Of a stretch of 64,000 nucleotides of DNA, positions 9,689 through 20,810 are shown piece after piece. Source of the stretch: a virus. A program made the translations under genes and the position numbers. The stretch lies in the IMG/VR virus record IMGVR_UViG_3300030329_004520, positions 18,544 through 82,543 of that record. One strand, 5' to 3'. The notes beneath the pieces were generated by a model. The model did no database searches. It worked only from the letters and a program-made list of their open reading frames with translations, and had not been told where the DNA came from. Each line of letters starts with the position of its first letter. Within the stretch, counting starts at the first letter, position 1.

Positions 9689-10812
9689 TGCATTATTTCA
9701 TTTTTCCTACAGCAGATACATGGATATCAAGTGGTTCTAGTCACATAGATGGTACTGATTTCAAAGACCAAAATTTTGGTAAAGACCAAGTATTAGAGAT
9801 AAAAAAAGAATTTTGGAATAAAGCTTTTGATTATCCTACAAGAACATTAATTACATTTGCGGGTGAGGGTTTTACAGAAATGTCTCAATCAATAGTAGAT
9901 GGTGATATACCAACTGATGCTAAATTCTATCTTAGAATGTTTGAAGCACAAGGTAATACAGATATGTCTTTAGAATATACTTTAGGTATACAACCAATCT
10001 CACAATCTTGGATAGAAGGGACAGGTAAATATCTTGACGACCCTAAAACAACAAATGGTGTGAGTTGGGATAATAGGAGTTATCCAGATGGTGGTTCAGA
10101 AACTGAGTGGGTAACAAAAGGTGGTGCCATTTATTATAAACCATCTAGTGTATTAGTACTTAGTGGTTCAACACAAGCTTTTTCAAATGAATCACCTGAT
10201 GTAAATGTTGAAGTAACTGATATGGTGAATATGTGGTTAAAAGGACAAGAAAATAATAATGGTATGTTAATTAGATTCAATGCCGGTTCAGAGACAGATG
10301 ATTCAACTTTCGGTAAACTTAAATTTTTCGGTAAAGATACTCATACAATATATGCACCTCGTTTAGAAGTAAGATGGGATGGTCACAAACCAGTTACTGG
10401 TTCGAACACAGGTTCCTTAACACAATTAGATGTTTCAGGACAAGTAGATAATCATATTTATACTATAGCTTGGAATGATAAGTATAGAGAAACAGATAAA
10501 CCTAAATTTAGAATTGGAGCTAGAAAACAATTTATACAAAAAAGTTTTTCAACATCATATAATACAATATCTGGTTCTTTTATACCAGAGGGTAGTGGTT
10601 CATATGCGATTGTAGATGTAGCAACAGGAGAAAAGGTTATTGACTTTTCAGACAATTCAAAATTATCTTGTGATTCAAAGAGTAATTATTTTATTGAATA
10701 TATGAATGGACTATTTCCAGATAGGACTTATAAAGTATTAATAAAAGTTAAATACAATGATGGACAAGAAAGAATATATGATAATGATTTTGAATTTAAA
10801 TTAGTGAGATAA
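9688..10812 (+). CDS. tail/baseplate structural protein (DNRLRE-like fold)
   Basis: ADTWI..NFG, PISQSW.EG.G, NVEVTDMV..W...NNGMLI, THTIYAPRLEVRW; coupled to gp6. Confidence 0.6.
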   Translation: MHYFIFPTADTWISSGSSHIDGTDFKDQNFGKDQVLEIKKEFWNKAFDYPTRTLITFAGEGFTEMSQSIVDGDIPTDAKFYLRMFEAQGNTDMSLEYTLGIQPISQSWIEGTGKYLDDPKTTNGVSWDNRSYPDGGSETEWVTKGGAIYYKPSSVLVLSGSTQAFSNESPDVNVEVTDMVNMWLKGQENNNGMLIRFNAGSETDDSTFGKLKFFGKDTHTIYAPRLEVRWDGHKPVTGSNTGSLTQLDVSGQVDNHIYTIAWNDKYRETDKPKFRIGARKQFIQKSFSTSYNTISGSFIPEGSGSYAIVDVATGEKVIDFSDNSKLSCDSKSNYFIEYMNGLFPDRTYKVLIKVKYNDGQERIYDNDFEFKLVR

Positions 10813-10815
10813 TAA

Positions 10816-13800
10816 ATGGCTAATCAATATAAAAATCTAGCTACTTTTAATGCATACAAAGATAGAATATCAGAATATATTTCAGAAGAGTTAGTAAAGA
10901 CTCAGAACTATCTTAATATAATGCAAAAAGTTGTAAGTGGTATAGGTTACACACCAGAACCACCTGAAACTAGACAACCAGTTTGGTTTGAAGATTATGA
11001 TGCTAATAATGATGGTCGTATTGATGATACTGATGTTTTACTTTGGAATACAAATAATATCAGACCAGATATAGCTGAAGAAATACAACAGATGTTAGAT
11101 GGTACGATACCCTTTCCTCCACATCATCCGTCACACGATTATATGCACATGCAACGAGCGGGTGGTATATTTCAAAAAACTTTAAAAGATGGTAAAGTTT
11201 TTGTAGGTAGAAAAGTTGATGAAATAATGGTTGCATATGATGATGAGTTTTCTAGTCAACCTGAAGATGTATATATTATAGACTATATCGCATATAGATT
11301 GGGGGGTAATGAACCTAAGGATGCTATAAGTATAGGTATATTAGACCCTAATGATGATGGTAATCCTGAGTGGCACTGGTTACCGACACCTATTCCTTAT
11401 CTTATTATAAATAATGATGAAAAACTAGTATTAGCTCCTGATAGATTACAATTATTATTTGAAGGTACGGATTGGCAAGATACAGAATTAGGTCAACATA
11501 ATAATCTAAATAATAGTTCAGACCCACTAGCCGCATTTGAAGCTGAACTTCAAATCCATGGTTTTAAAGCTTTTACTAAAGATGATTATAAATTATGGGA
11601 TAATACAAGTCAATATTTACCTGTAGGTCTTAAAAGAAGACCCACGAGTAGAAAAATCTTAGAAGATTTAGTTGATACAGAAATTGTTGAACTATTACCT
11701 GGTGATTTAAATGAACAGATAGATAGATTGTTCGCGTTATGGAATAACATAAAAGATAAAATGCCTGTAGGTTGGAAAGAAACATCAAATATTAATCTTA
11801 TATCAAATGGAGATTTCGGTGGAGGTATAGGTCCAGGTGATTATATAGGTCAAAGTGACGATACAATAATTGGTACGGTAGTGAAAGAGAATCCAGGATT
11901 TTCACCGTATGTATTGAGGACTTCAAATAATAGTACAGACTTATATTATAATATAGAAATTCCTTTAGCCGATTGGCAAGCGGGTAATGATTTAGTTTTA
12001 TCTGGTTGGGTAGCTAAGGGTCCAGGTTATCCTCAGCAATATACACCTCATTTTTTTGGAAGACGGTGGGAATGGATGTATAGTAATGAAGAAGTAGTCA
12101 CTACCGTACAAGAACAGGGTAATAATTTATATGGTACAATAGTAGATGATTGGACAGAAAATGCTGAAGAACAAGAATGGCGAAGATGGAAAAAAGGAAT
12201 AAGTATTCCAACAGCACCAGCATCATCAGACCCCAACGCAACTATAATTAGTTGTAAATTAATTTGGAAATTAGGTAAAGTAACAGATGATTTATTAAAT
12301 GATGAAAGTACTAGTTTTAGATATTTTACTGGACTCAGAGTAGAATATGGTGATAATTTAAATGATAGTAATTATATACAACTAACTAATCCATCACAAA
12401 AAACTATTTTAAAATTAGCGAGAGACATACAAGATTTAGTAAGTCCTGGAAATGTTCCTATTTTTTCTACAAATAATGTAGAAAATCTTGTAGATGCTCA
12501 AAAGATTAGTGGTATTTTAGAAGAATTATTTTTAGAAATAAAAGAAACTTTATCAAATCTTTTAGAAGAATTTACATCACAATCTGCTGGAACAATAAAT
12601 CAATTATCATCTACATTCGGTAAAGCTATAGAACAAGCTACTGATGAAGACCAAACTTTAAGTTCGTTAGACCAAAATTTTAGTGTAACTTTACAAAATT
12701 TTTTAAATAGTATAGTTACATATAATAATTGGAATTGGGAAAATAATCCAGATGTAGGTATACCCACAGAACAAGAAATGTTAGATAATAATATCACAAT
12801 CGAATCAGGTTTTGTCCATCAAATAACAGAATTAAAAGCCAAAATAGATAATATTGAAAATTGGATAACTGCTTTAAATGCTGTTGAACAACAACCATAT
12901 ATAGATGTTAATCCAGAAGATACTTACGATGATGCATCATATAATGCGGGATATACAGCTGGTGAGACAGCTGGTTACGATGCCGCTTACGCAGAATACG
13001 CTGGTATAGAGGTAGCACAAAGTCAATATGATATGAACTTAGAATTGTTTGATTTAAATAATGATGGTATAATAAATTTTGAAGAAATACAAATGTTACA
13101 AGATACAAGTATAGACCATATTTGGTTAACAAGTACAGACCTTCAAAATCCGTATCGTACTGACCAGCAATTTTATATATCATTTTATAATCCGTGGGAG
13201 ACAGATGAAGATGACGGTGGGATATTTAATACTGAAGACTATATTGTACAATATCAATATAATAGACAGATTTTAATAGATATTATTCAAAGAATAATAT
13301 CAGGAGATGCTAACAAACATCCATATTCATTTGAAAATAATAATGAAGTTGTAGATACAAAAGATGTATTTGCTTTGTTATCATTGAGACCTTGGATGAT
13401 GGCGGACGGATATGAAGGTGGAATGCGATGTCATTATGAATATGGTACTTTTAAGAATTATGGTTTAGTACCTGTTGTATTAGATATGATGAAAGTAATG
13501 ACAAGAAGAGCTATAGAAAAAGGTTGGAGTCAACAACATCAACTTATTAGTCCATATACATCTAAGACGGTAGGTACTAGAATGACTGATGATATAACAA
13601 TGATGTTACAAAATTTTGATAATGTGGCGATTAGAAATTGGCATAATTATGCTCCATTTGAAGATGGTTCAAATAGTTGGCTTTGGGGTGGAGTAGTAGA
13701 AGATTCTTCTGACCACTCAAGTCAAGATGGTTCAGATGGTCAAGGTCCTGAATCAATGATGTTCTCTGATGATGACATTATGCATACTTGGGCAAAACAC

Positions 13801-14931
13801 GCTAGAATTACTGGAACTAATGGACAACCCACAGAATGGAATTTATACGCGGAACTAGACCCAGTAAACACTTTTATGGAAAATTTATATGGATGGCCTG
13901 GTCTAGAAGCAGCGTTAGACACTACTCCACCATACGATGCTATCAATTGGACTTGGCCTTATCATCCGAATGTAGAATATGATGGTGATGGTGGTCATCA
14001 CGGTGAAATATGGGAAAGAAGATGGCATCCTTATACTTTCGCTCAGCCATTTACGGTTGAAGGTTCAGACCCACTTGATGATGCTCATCACGAATACGAT
14101 GATATTAGGACTGGTTGGGTACCACCTAATACATCTGGATTTATAACGAATTATCCTAGTTATGATGATAATTACGGACATATATACATATGCTTTAAAG
14201 ATATACTATCTGCTATGTATTTATATCATCCTAATGTTTATTATCGTACTGATATTTTAGCAAGAGGAGGACCAGGTTCTTCTGAAAATGTCTGTGGACA
14301 TATGGAATGGCATGATGGTAGAGGACTACCACAACTAGTTATTGAAGAGATGATACTTCAATATACAAAAGACCATTTATTGTGGACACAATATCCAACT
14401 TGGGATGCTAAATTTCCTTTCCCTGATGATGATGATGATGATACTGGTCATGGAGATGGTGAACGACATTGGGAGAAAAGTAATGCTGAAAATCAATGGG
14501 GTCCTGGTTGTTTTAGAGCTGGAACAAAAATTAATACACCTGATGGATATAAAGTAATAGAAGAAATTAAAGTAGGTGATATAGTTAAGTCTTATGATAT
14601 TTATAAAAAAGAAGTTGTAAATAGAAAAGTAATTAAGACATTTGTACATTTAGATGATACTGATGGATTAATACTAAACAATAAAATAAATACAACACAA
14701 GAACATAGATTTTACACATCAGAAAATAAATGGGTACACGCTAAAGATTTAAATATAGGTGATAAGATATTAAATATAGATGGTTCATATAAATCAATTG
14801 AATCTATTGAATTAGATTCAGAAGCGTATACGGTATATAATTTTAGAGTTATAGGAACAGAAAATTATTTTGTTGAAGATATTTTAGCACATAACAGAAA
14901 AAATGAAAATGGTAACATTGGTCAATACTAG
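10816..14931 (+). CDS. large mosaic virion-associated protein with EF-hand/dockerin-like loops, a CBM-like domain and a C-terminal Hint domain
   Basis: DANNDGRIDDTD and DLNNDGIINFEE loops; NLISNGDF...YFTGLRVE (11794-12345); CFRAGT...ILAHN at the C-terminus. Confidence 0.75.
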   Translation: MANQYKNLATFNAYKDRISEYISEELVKTQNYLNIMQKVVSGIGYTPEPPETRQPVWFEDYDANNDGRIDDTDVLLWNTNNIRPDIAEEIQQMLDGTIPFPPHHPSHDYMHMQRAGGIFQKTLKDGKVFVGRKVDEIMVAYDDEFSSQPEDVYIIDYIAYRLGGNEPKDAISIGILDPNDDGNPEWHWLPTPIPYLIINNDEKLVLAPDRLQLLFEGTDWQDTELGQHNNLNNSSDPLAAFEAELQIHGFKAFTKDDYKLWDNTSQYLPVGLKRRPTSRKILEDLVDTEIVELLPGDLNEQIDRLFALWNNIKDKMPVGWKETSNINLISNGDFGGGIGPGDYIGQSDDTIIGTVVKENPGFSPYVLRTSNNSTDLYYNIEIPLADWQAGNDLVLSGWVAKGPGYPQQYTPHFFGRRWEWMYSNEEVVTTVQEQGNNLYGTIVDDWTENAEEQEWRRWKKGISIPTAPASSDPNATIISCKLIWKLGKVTDDLLNDESTSFRYFTGLRVEYGDNLNDSNYIQLTNPSQKTILKLARDIQDLVSPGNVPIFSTNNVENLVDAQKISGILEELFLEIKETLSNLLEEFTSQSAGTINQLSSTFGKAIEQATDEDQTLSSLDQNFSVTLQNFLNSIVTYNNWNWENNPDVGIPTEQEMLDNNITIESGFVHQITELKAKIDNIENWITALNAVEQQPYIDVNPEDTYDDASYNAGYTAGETAGYDAAYAEYAGIEVAQSQYDMNLELFDLNNDGIINFEEIQMLQDTSIDHIWLTSTDLQNPYRTDQQFYISFYNPWETDEDDGGIFNTEDYIVQYQYNRQILIDIIQRIISGDANKHPYSFENNNEVVDTKDVFALLSLRPWMMADGYEGGMRCHYEYGTFKNYGLVPVVLDMMKVMTRRAIEKGWSQQHQLISPYTSKTVGTRMTDDITMMLQNFDNVAIRNWHNYAPFEDGSNSWLWGGVVEDSSDHSSQDGSDGQGPESMMFSDDDIMHTWAKHARITGTNGQPTEWNLYAELDPVNTFMENLYGWPGLEAALDTTPPYDAINWTWPYHPNVEYDGDGGHHGEIWERRWHPYTFAQPFTVEGSDPLDDAHHEYDDIRTGWVPPNTSGFITNYPSYDDNYGHIYICFKDILSAMYLYHPNVYYRTDILARGGPGSSENVCGHMEWHDGRGLPQLVIEEMILQYTKDHLLWTQYPTWDAKFPFPDDDDDDTGHGDGERHWEKSNAENQWGPGCFRAGTKINTPDGYKVIEEIKVGDIVKSYDIYKKEVVNRKVIKTFVHLDDTDGLILNNKINTTQEHRFYTSENKWVHAKDLNIGDKILNIDGSYKSIESIELDSEAYTVYNFRVIGTENYFVEDILAHNRKNENGNIGQY
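14509..14895 (+). other. Hint (intein-like/BIL) autoproteolytic domain, 129 aa
   Basis: Starts CFRAGTKINT, block B TTQEHRF, block F/G VYNFRV..TENYFVEDILAHN; +1 residue is Arg; no endonuclease insert. Confidence 0.9.
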
Positions 14932-14946
14932 AGGAGAAAAAATATA

Positions 14947-15561
14947 ATGTCAAACTTAATAAATATATATGATGATGACCAAAGTGAATTGATTATTGAT
15001 AACACAGATTTTGACCCAACAAATACTAGAATTTTCCATAACTTAGGTGAAAAACCCGTAACACTAAATAATCCAGCTGGTGTATGGTCAGAATTTAATA
15101 CTAAAGCTAATAAATATCAAAATGCATCATTTGTAGAATTACACATATATGATGAGGGTGACAATTTTATATTAACTTTAAATAGTGGAAAACCTTTATT
15201 ACAACAACCTAGTACAGGTAAATTTTATTTCGGTGATTATCATATATATAATGATACATATATGACAGGCATTAAACATACAGCATATCCCCACGAAGAA
15301 TTAGCATTAGTAAGAGATACACAAATAATACCATATCCATTTGACCAACTTACTCCCGGTGATGAAAAAACAGGTCAGAGGTATGCTATTAAAATATCCG
15401 AAATTTTTGAGATTTTAAAAGTTAATTATAGTCTAAAAAAAGATACAAAGTTCAAATTTAAATATGCAATATTCGGAGATTTATTTTTACAAGCAGCTAC
15501 TCATTTTACAATAGCAGCTAGTGATAATATGGATATTGTAGACCAAGATGAGCCATTATAA
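14947..15561 (+). CDS. hypothetical baseplate-region protein
   Basis: GAGGAG RBS; FVELHIYD motif; TAATG coupling to the next gene. Confidence 0.7.
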   Translation: MSNLINIYDDDQSELIIDNTDFDPTNTRIFHNLGEKPVTLNNPAGVWSEFNTKANKYQNASFVELHIYDEGDNFILTLNSGKPLLQQPSTGKFYFGDYHIYNDTYMTGIKHTAYPHEELALVRDTQIIPYPFDQLTPGDEKTGQRYAIKISEIFEILKVNYSLKKDTKFKFKYAIFGDLFLQAATHFTIAASDNMDIVDQDEPL

Positions 15562-18500
15562 TGAGTAGTTTTTTTCCACAATTAACTCCTTCGGGTATTC
15601 GTTTCTTCGTTAAGAAGATAGCTAATTCAAAAAAAGAAGTACAAGTCAGTATTATTGATAATTCAATAACTTCATATGAAACTGGAATGTTTAGCTGGTT
15701 TAATTTAACAACAGGTACTGAACATACTAATAAGACACATCTTTATAATATATTTACTTCTTTAGCTACCACATCTAATTGGGCTATTAACCAAAATGAA
15801 TATGAACTTGTAATTTCAGTTGGAGAAGGTAAGTATATACCTATTTTAAATTCTTTATTTGTTCTAGACCCAGCTGCAGATAATAGTGATGTGAATGGTT
15901 ATCATATGGTATACAAAACAAATGAAGCTATACCAGCCACGATTAAGAAAAATCAAACTATAGATATATTAATATTAAAATCTGAATATTTAAATCAAGA
16001 AGTATTTTATGCGGGTAAACGACCACCCATTATTAAAAAATTCGGTAATCCGTTAATAACAGATTATTCTCAAACAATTCCATATCAAAAAGAAAAATTA
16101 GTTGAAGATTTTGAAAATTTTAATGAACTTACTGGTTCAGTAGGAAAGGAAAAATTAATACATACACTTTCTAGTTCTCTTCAAGAAAGATTAGTTGATT
16201 ATTCAGATTTCAAAAATTTTGTACATTTTGGTTCAGCTGAACAAAGAATTAAAAATTATAAAACAAAAGTAGCTGATATTGAAAATCTTCAAATTAATAT
16301 TTCTAAGTCTTTATATACAACCGGTCAAAGTGACCCTGATACATCTGATTTTAATCCGTCAAATCAAGAATCTGTAACATCAATTCGTAGTCAATATTTT
16401 AATGAACTGCGTACTATACTTAATGGTTTTACAGATTATGAAAAGTTTTTATATTATGATAATCAAATAAACTTTACTGGTTCATCACCTGGTATAGGTA
16501 TGAACTATATTGAATCTGAACCGTTAGTTACATCAGATGCTATAGAGAAGAAAGCTGATTTCGAAGGTTTTCCTTACGCATATTTTATTTCTGCTTCTAC
16601 TGATAAAGAAGTAGCATTCACAGCTGGTAAATATATGGCTGAGGGGAACCATTTTAATAACCAAACAGGTTCTTTCTATTTATCATTTTTAATGAAAGCA
16701 TCTGGTTCATTTGACGAGAGATTTAAACATATTAATACTCAAACAAGTTCTCTTGTTAATTATCCAGAAAATAGTTTAAATGTTAATAATATTTTAAAAC
16801 CATCATCAACGGGTAGTGAATATCGTAGATATGTATTTGCAGCATCAGCATCATATTGGTTACCGAATACTGGTTATCAAATCAGTCACCCTGGAGGTAA
16901 TCCAATAACTGATTGGAGTAGTGATAGTAATCAAGTAAAAATAATTAAAGAAGGAACTTCAGTTACTGGTTCTTTAGTTCAAGGATTTGGTGATTATGCT
17001 AATTTACTTACAACACCCGTAAATGCAGGTGAAAGTATTACTGGAAGTTTTGTACCGAAAGGAGATTTATTTAATATATCAATAAAAGATACAAGTATAG
17101 GTAAAGCTACTTCTGCTGTTGTAACTGATATTAAAGTAACTAAAACAAATCCACTTGATTTTCTACCATTCGCTATTCAGTATTCAGTTTCATCTTCAAC
17201 TTTCAATAATTGGTATGATGGTATATTATCTTCAGCTTCTTTTTTCGATACTCATAATATACATAGATTATATAATAATATTCCTCCTACTTTCCAAACA
17301 ATGGATACAGAGACAAGTAATAGAGATATGTTACAATATGTTGATATGATGGGAGAATTTTTTGATGAATATAAGGTATTAATTGATGATTATTATAGAG
17401 TATTTGATTTAGGATTTTCAGATTATGAAATGGTACCACCGAAATTTAATGCATTACTAGCTAATTCTTTAGGTTATGATTTCCTTTCAGAACAAAGTGG
17501 TAGTATTTTAGAAAAATTTGGTCTATTTGATTCATTCAGTTCTGAACAAAAAGAATACAATAATAAACTTTTTAATAATATATTAAATAATATTCATTAC
17601 ATTTATAAATCAAAAGGTACTGATAACAGCATCAGAGCTCTTTTGAATTGTTATGGTTTACCATCTAATGTTTTAAAAATAAAAGAAACAGGTCAAAATC
17701 TTAAATCATATGAGCAAACATTTTTATCTAATGATACACATTTAACAGCTGTAAATAAATTATCTGAGATGACTGGTAGTGTTAGTTTCGAACAATATAC
17801 TGAAGCATTTTTTACTTTAATAATGCATCCGATGATGAACTTGACAACAGAATGGAACTCTTCTAATGTTATATCTCAGTCAGCGGTTGAGGGTGTATTT
17901 AAAATGGAAACTACTCCGAATACTATGAGTTTATTTTCTAGTAAAGTTACAACTGGTGGAAATGACTTGTGGAGAGTTATTGTAATACCATCAGGTTCAA
18001 GTCAACCTAAAAAGGCAAAAGTTAAATTTCAATTAAATAAGTCAAATAAAGGAGTATCTCCTATCACAACACACGGAGACACTTATTCTATAGAAACACC
18101 TTATTTAGATATTCTTGATAGTAAATTAACTAATATTTTAATACAAAAAAGTGCATCATTGGCTAATGCATATCCTAAGACGGGTACTTATGATTATGAA
18201 CTAATAGTAGGTAAGTTGGATGGAGAACGACTTAAATTTGTAACAGGAAGTAAAATACAAGTTGCCGGTGGAACATTGGCTGGAGGAAGAGCTAATCAAA
18301 ATTGGCTTAGTGGTAGTATCAATCAATTTTATATTTGTCCAGATTATACTGGTTCAGTAGCGGAAGTAAGAAGTTGGAAAGAACCTCTTTCAGTCGGAGC
18401 ATTTAAACAGCATGTTTATAATCCAAAAAACATTGTAGGTAATCATTTCTCAAGTTCATTAGATGATTTAGAGTGGCATTATTATATGGGTGAAAATTAT

Positions 18501-19973
18501 AAATCAGGTTCAGATAAGTTTGAGGTAATTGATGTATCACCAAATACTCCGGACTATACAATAGTTGTTGATAAAAATTTATTTAATTCACAATCATTTT
18601 GGTATGATATGACTACTATTGAGACATTTAATTTTCCATTATATGGTAGTGGGGCAGGTACTTTAGTTTATAATGAAAACTCAATTTTAATACCAGATAC
18701 ATTTACATTAAAAGATGATTTGAGATATGACCAAAGTGTTATAAAACAAAATCACGATTTATTAAGTCACGATATAATTAATACACCACAATTAGATTTT
18801 TCCAGGTCTCCACAGAATGTTATTAACGATTTCTTAAAAGATAATTTGGGTAATTTAGATTTTAATGATTTGTTCGCCGACCCTAGAGATGAGTTTGAAG
18901 ATTCCTATGAAGCCTTAGATAAATTTAATCATAACTTAATTAATAAATTTGATATATCAATTAATATTAATAAATTTAAAAGAGGAGTATCAAGAATATT
19001 TAATTCATCACTTATAGAAAGTACTAAAAAAATGTTACCGGCTAGAGCGAAGTTAATAGATGGACTCGTTTTAAAACCAACATATACTGAACGAATTAAA
19101 ATAAAACCATTAAAAGAAAGACCTTCTGTTGAAAAGTTAGGTGACAATGAAGGAGTATTACCAGATACAAGTTGGACTTTTACACCCGGAGAAGAACATA
19201 AACCATATGCATATTCATTTAATGATTTAGATGCTGATTTTGAAGAGACTTTCTATCCATGGTATGAGAATAAAGGTGATAGTACAGGTATAATTTTAGA
19301 TGCGAGAGAATATCCAGATAGAATATTTGATGACAGACCGGAATTGTCTTGGGGTACTACACTTAATGATACTCATTTCGTTAGTCATTTAGATGCTGGT
19401 ATAAATAATGATTATAATACTGGATATTATGAAACTCAAGATGTATTTCATATGATTGGAGATATTGAATTTATATCTGGTTCATTACATTGGGGTTTAC
19501 CTCAAATTGATTATATGAAAGATAGTACTTTTAAAAATAAAAAATTATTGAAAACAAGTGATGCTGTAGCTAGTAGAGAATTAGGAACTACTTTACAATA
19601 TGTTTCTGTAAATAGTTCTTCTTATTATGGTAAACTAATTGATAATGAATTTAGAAGACCACAAAATCATCATACAACTTTTGGTGGTCATAGTCATATG
19701 AATTTAGGTAGAATATATGAAGGATATCAACATCGTGGTGATATAGACAATAATACTTATTCTAATAATACTAAAGTTTCTTATGTTGCTCCAGCTGTAA
19801 GTGATTTGGCACATAAAGTAGTTGTACCTAAAGGAGCGATGACTGATACAACAAGTAAATTAGCATATGAAGATTTAACTACACAGGCATTTTATCGTAT
19901 ACAAATTGATAATAAAGGTAAAGGAAAATTAAAAGTTATTAGGAATGATGAGATAGAAGGTACCGCATCTTAA
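15561..19973 (+). CDS. large baseplate wedge protein (gp7/P2 gpI-like core with LamG-like segment)
   Basis: DYSDFKNFVHFGSAEQR, YVDMMGEFFD, NIHYIYKSKGTDNSIRALLNCYG, YTGSVAEVRSW, KKMLPARA. Confidence 0.65.
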   Translation: MSSFFPQLTPSGIRFFVKKIANSKKEVQVSIIDNSITSYETGMFSWFNLTTGTEHTNKTHLYNIFTSLATTSNWAINQNEYELVISVGEGKYIPILNSLFVLDPAADNSDVNGYHMVYKTNEAIPATIKKNQTIDILILKSEYLNQEVFYAGKRPPIIKKFGNPLITDYSQTIPYQKEKLVEDFENFNELTGSVGKEKLIHTLSSSLQERLVDYSDFKNFVHFGSAEQRIKNYKTKVADIENLQINISKSLYTTGQSDPDTSDFNPSNQESVTSIRSQYFNELRTILNGFTDYEKFLYYDNQINFTGSSPGIGMNYIESEPLVTSDAIEKKADFEGFPYAYFISASTDKEVAFTAGKYMAEGNHFNNQTGSFYLSFLMKASGSFDERFKHINTQTSSLVNYPENSLNVNNILKPSSTGSEYRRYVFAASASYWLPNTGYQISHPGGNPITDWSSDSNQVKIIKEGTSVTGSLVQGFGDYANLLTTPVNAGESITGSFVPKGDLFNISIKDTSIGKATSAVVTDIKVTKTNPLDFLPFAIQYSVSSSTFNNWYDGILSSASFFDTHNIHRLYNNIPPTFQTMDTETSNRDMLQYVDMMGEFFDEYKVLIDDYYRVFDLGFSDYEMVPPKFNALLANSLGYDFLSEQSGSILEKFGLFDSFSSEQKEYNNKLFNNILNNIHYIYKSKGTDNSIRALLNCYGLPSNVLKIKETGQNLKSYEQTFLSNDTHLTAVNKLSEMTGSVSFEQYTEAFFTLIMHPMMNLTTEWNSSNVISQSAVEGVFKMETTPNTMSLFSSKVTTGGNDLWRVIVIPSGSSQPKKAKVKFQLNKSNKGVSPITTHGDTYSIETPYLDILDSKLTNILIQKSASLANAYPKTGTYDYELIVGKLDGERLKFVTGSKIQVAGGTLAGGRANQNWLSGSINQFYICPDYTGSVAEVRSWKEPLSVGAFKQHVYNPKNIVGNHFSSSLDDLEWHYYMGENYKSGSDKFEVIDVSPNTPDYTIVVDKNLFNSQSFWYDMTTIETFNFPLYGSGAGTLVYNENSILIPDTFTLKDDLRYDQSVIKQNHDLLSHDIINTPQLDFSRSPQNVINDFLKDNLGNLDFNDLFADPRDEFEDSYEALDKFNHNLINKFDISININKFKRGVSRIFNSSLIESTKKMLPARAKLIDGLVLKPTYTERIKIKPLKERPSVEKLGDNEGVLPDTSWTFTPGEEHKPYAYSFNDLDADFEETFYPWYENKGDSTGIILDAREYPDRIFDDRPELSWGTTLNDTHFVSHLDAGINNDYNTGYYETQDVFHMIGDIEFISGSLHWGLPQIDYMKDSTFKNKKLLKTSDAVASRELGTTLQYVSVNSSSYYGKLIDNEFRRPQNHHTTFGGHSHMNLGRIYEGYQHRGDIDNNTYSNNTKVSYVAPAVSDLAHKVVVPKGAMTDTTSKLAYEDLTTQAFYRIQIDNKGKGKLKVIRNDEIEGTAS

Positions 19974-20001
19974 TTTTTTTTAACATAAAATGAAAAAAAA
20001 C

Positions 20002-20017
20002 TATATTTATATATGAA
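20002..20017 (+). promoter_or_regulatory. putative late promoter TATATTTATATATGAA
   Basis: Recurrent intergenic motif; preceded by AAATGAAAAAA..C as at 50521. Confidence 0.65.
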
Positions 20018-20068
20018 AACATATATGCAGTTAAGTTATAGTACATTTCATAATATAGGAGAACATTA

Positions 20069-20791
20069 ATGGGATATTTAGATAATTCAACTATTGTAGT
20101 TGATGCAGTTTTAACAAAAGAAGGTCGAAGATTATTGAGTGAAGGTCAAGGCCTAGATATTCAATATTTTACTTTATCTGATTCCGGTATAGATTATACT
20201 TTATGGAATCCAGACCATCCAAGCGGTTCAGCTTATTATGGAGAAGCAATTGAAAATTTACCATCTTTAGAAGCTTTACCTAGAGGTCAATTTTATATGC
20301 GTAACAAACTAATAACTTTAGGAAAAGGTGTTACGAGTATACCATATTGGGAAGTAAATGGTAACACAGATTTACAGATTATACCAATAAAAACATCAGA
20401 TGATAGTGACCCAAATACAGGTACATCAGATAATCCATCTTATTTAGGTGTAGAAGTTAACTTTGAAATAAAAGGTAGTACTGGTGAAGGTAATTATCAA
20501 TTAACAATACCAAATGCTACTGCTTTAAGTAGTATTCAGGCTGGTGATTGGGGTAATAATACTAATAACAATTGGCAAATAAATCCATTGAGTAACGAAG
20601 ATGGTCAGAGTGTAACTTATCTTCAAAATATAGAAGCGGCTGATGCAGCATTTTATAATTTACAACCTGGAAGTAATCAATTTTCAATTAGATTTAAAAG
20701 AACAAATGTATCAGCTGTAATGGATTGTTCACTTATTAGTCTACAGACTGGTATAACAAAAACTTTTAGACTAGATATAGAAGCAATTTAA
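20069..20791 (+). CDS. baseplate/tail-fibre attachment structural protein
   Basis: MGYLDN...VDAVLTKEGRRLL...IQYFTLSD..IDY, resembling the N-terminal half of tail-collar/baseplate wedge domains. Confidence 0.6.
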   Translation: MGYLDNSTIVVDAVLTKEGRRLLSEGQGLDIQYFTLSDSGIDYTLWNPDHPSGSAYYGEAIENLPSLEALPRGQFYMRNKLITLGKGVTSIPYWEVNGNTDLQIIPIKTSDDSDPNTGTSDNPSYLGVEVNFEIKGSTGEGNYQLTIPNATALSSIQAGDWGNNTNNNWQINPLSNEDGQSVTYLQNIEAADAAFYNLQPGSNQFSIRFKRTNVSAVMDCSLISLQTGITKTFRLDIEAI

Positions 20792-20810
20792 TAATTAGGA
20801 GAATAATACT

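Noticed and set aside
14509-14895. Canonical mobile intein
   Set aside because: No homing endonuclease, +1 residue is Arg, and the host protein is not a conserved enzyme; treated as a BIL-type Hint domain
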